A DNA stretch of 21,506 bases, taken from the NCBI GenBank assembly GCA_039934135.1, contig JBDTMT010000022.1, positions 1 to 21,506 of the forward strand, given 5' to 3'. Below the pieces are notes generated by a model. It was not told the DNA's origin, searched no databases, and saw only the letters and a program-made list of their open reading frames with translations. How positions within the stretch are numbered: the first letter of the stretch is position 1; every line of letters starts with the position of its first letter. Made by a program: the position numbers and the translations under genes. Of this stretch, positions 20,621 to 21,506 are shown in pieces. This stretch comes from a bacterium. Its GTDB lineage: Bacteria; Desulfobacterota; Binatia; HRBIN30; CADEER01.

Positions 20621-21426
20621 ACAATCTCCGACGCGAACTGGCGCCGATCTCCGTCCCGGCCTGGCAGGCAATCGATACGGAGGCGCGGCGCGTCCTCAAG
20701 CTCGAGCTCGCCGGCCGCAAAGTGGTCGACCTCAAGGGCCCGCTCGGCCCTGAACACGCGGCGGTCAACACCGGTCGCATCACGCCGCTGAAGGGCGGAC
20801 CCGTCGCCGGCGTCACTGCGGCGCGCCGCGAGGTGCTGCCGATGGTGCAGCTCATCGGCGAGTTCGAGCTGTCGCGCGCCGAGCTCGACGCCGTCGAACG
20901 CGGCGCCGAGGATCCCGACCTCGGCGCGCTGGTGCAAGGCGCGTCGCGCATCGCGCAGGCCGAGGACACGGCGGTATTTTACGGCTACGCCGCCGGCGGC
21001 ATCCGCGGCATGGCGGAAGCCTCGCCGCATGCGGCGTTGCCGATCGCCGACGACTACAACACCTATCCGAAGACCGTCGCCGAAGCGCTGCGTTTGCTGC
21101 GCGTCGCCGGCGTCGACGGGCCGTACGCCCTGGCGCTGGGCCCGCGCTGCTACACCGGCCTGATGCAGTCGACCGGCGACGGCGGCTACCCGGCCCTGCA
21201 GGTGGTCAAGCGCATCGTCGAAGGGCCGATCATCTGGGCCCCGGCGGTCGACGGCGCCATCGTGCTCAGCACGCGCGGCGACGACTTCGAGCTCACCGTC
21301 GGCCGCGATCTGTCGATCGGCTATCGGAGCCATTCCGAGACGACGGTGAAGCTGTATTTCACCGAGACCATGACCTTCCGCGTCCTGACGCCGGAAGCCG
21401 CCGTGGCCCTCGTCTACAAGAAATGA
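20617..21426 (+). CDS. Family 1 encapsulin shell protein (HK97 fold, Linocin M18-like), 269 aa, a length consistent with a T=1 shell.
   Basis: From its GTG start (VNNLRRELAPISVPAWQAIDTEARRVLKLELAGRKVVDLKGPLGPEHAAVNTGRI...), the protein aligns along its full length, including the C-terminus (...GGDFELTVGRDLSIGYRSHSETTVKLYFTETMTFRVLTPEAAVAL), with canonical encapsulins. A GGAGG lies 8 nt upstream of the GTG. The ORF's in-frame upstream extension from 20170 overlaps EncFtn and is not native. Confidence 0.92.
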   Translation: MNNLRRELAPISVPAWQAIDTEARRVLKLELAGRKVVDLKGPLGPEHAAVNTGRITPLKGGPVAGVTAARREVLPMVQLIGEFELSRAELDAVERGAEDPDLGALVQGASRIAQAEDTAVFYGYAAGGIRGMAEASPHAALPIADDYNTYPKTVAEALRLLRVAGVDGPYALALGPRCYTGLMQSTGDGGYPALQVVKRIVEGPIIWAPAVDGAIVLSTRGDDFELTVGRDLSIGYRSHSETTVKLYFTETMTFRVLTPEAAVALVYKK

Positions 21427-21443
21427 CCAACAGTCGACTTTCA

Positions 21444-21506
21444 GTCGACTTTGATCACGGTCATCATGCCCGACTCAGCATGTTCAAGGATGTGGCAGTG
21501 GAGCAT
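21444..21506 (-). CDS. C-terminal 21 codons of a multicopper oxidase (laccase/CotA/CueO-like); the gene enters from beyond the window end.
   Basis: The minus-strand reading ...MLHCHILEHAESGMMTVIKVD-stop contains the diagnostic C-terminal copper-binding signature HCHxxxHxxxGMM (type-1 / trinuclear copper ligands). The stop TGA is at 21441-21443. This partial gene is not in the ORF track because it is shorter than the cutoff. Confidence 0.55.

Overview
This is a gene-dense window of about 70% GC, probably from a Gram-negative or metagenome-type bacterium. Coding regions show strongly G/C-biased third codon positions and GGAGG-type ribosome-binding sites (RBS). Features are listed by coordinate below; the ORF track was used for coordinates and frames, and families were assigned from motifs read directly in the translations.

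- **227-1144 (+):** alpha/beta hydrolase. The start lies inside the longer ORF at 32-1144.
- **1232-2218 (+):** membrane-anchored protein with a Pro/Ala-rich linker and a C-terminal LamG (concanavalin-A-like) domain.
- **2215-5466 (-):** translationally coupled three-gene module on the minus strand. It runs from a GT-C-like polytopic membrane protein, through a GT2 polyprenyl-phosphate glycosyltransferase (ArnC/GtrB/DPM1-like), to a class I SAM-dependent methyltransferase.
- **5525-6154 (-):** glutathione S-transferase (GST).
- **6224-6639 (-):** frameshifted and truncated acyltransferase-3 pseudogene remnant.
- **6936-14289 (-):** housekeeping run on the minus strand in the order guaB, guaA, a TIGR02436-type four-helix-bundle protein (Avd-like, also called 23S rRNA intervening-sequence protein), then dnaE. 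The four-helix-bundle gene is wedged tightly between guaA and dnaE, and its stop overlaps the dnaE start.
- **14522-15037 (+):** gamma-class carbonic anhydrase (hexapeptide-repeat protein).
- **15156-16690 (-):** epoxide-hydrolase-like alpha/beta hydrolase and a second GST, in an apparent operon.
- **16814-18885:** convergent pair of a cardiolipin-synthase/PLD-family protein (+) and an endonuclease/exonuclease/phosphatase (EEP) family protein (-).
- **18987-20150 (+):** thiolase.
- **20234-21426 (+):** Family-1 encapsulin nanocompartment operon. An encapsulated ferritin (EncFtn) with a canonical C-terminal GSLGIGSLKG targeting peptide overlaps, by a GTGA stop/start, a 269-aa HK97-fold encapsulin shell gene.
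- **21444-21506 (-):** C-terminus of a multicopper oxidase running in from beyond the window and convergent with the encapsulin gene.

Non-coding highlights:
- Two related palindromic elements of about 104-118 bp (MITE/REP-like), each exactly filling the gap between the stop codons of a convergent gene pair.
- A perfect 12-bp-stem hairpin and a perfect 16-bp palindrome in the guaB / carbonic-anhydrase divergent region.
- An 8-bp tandem repeat just upstream of the guaA start, with an inverted partner about 120 bp away.

No CRISPR arrays, tRNAs or rRNAs were seen.
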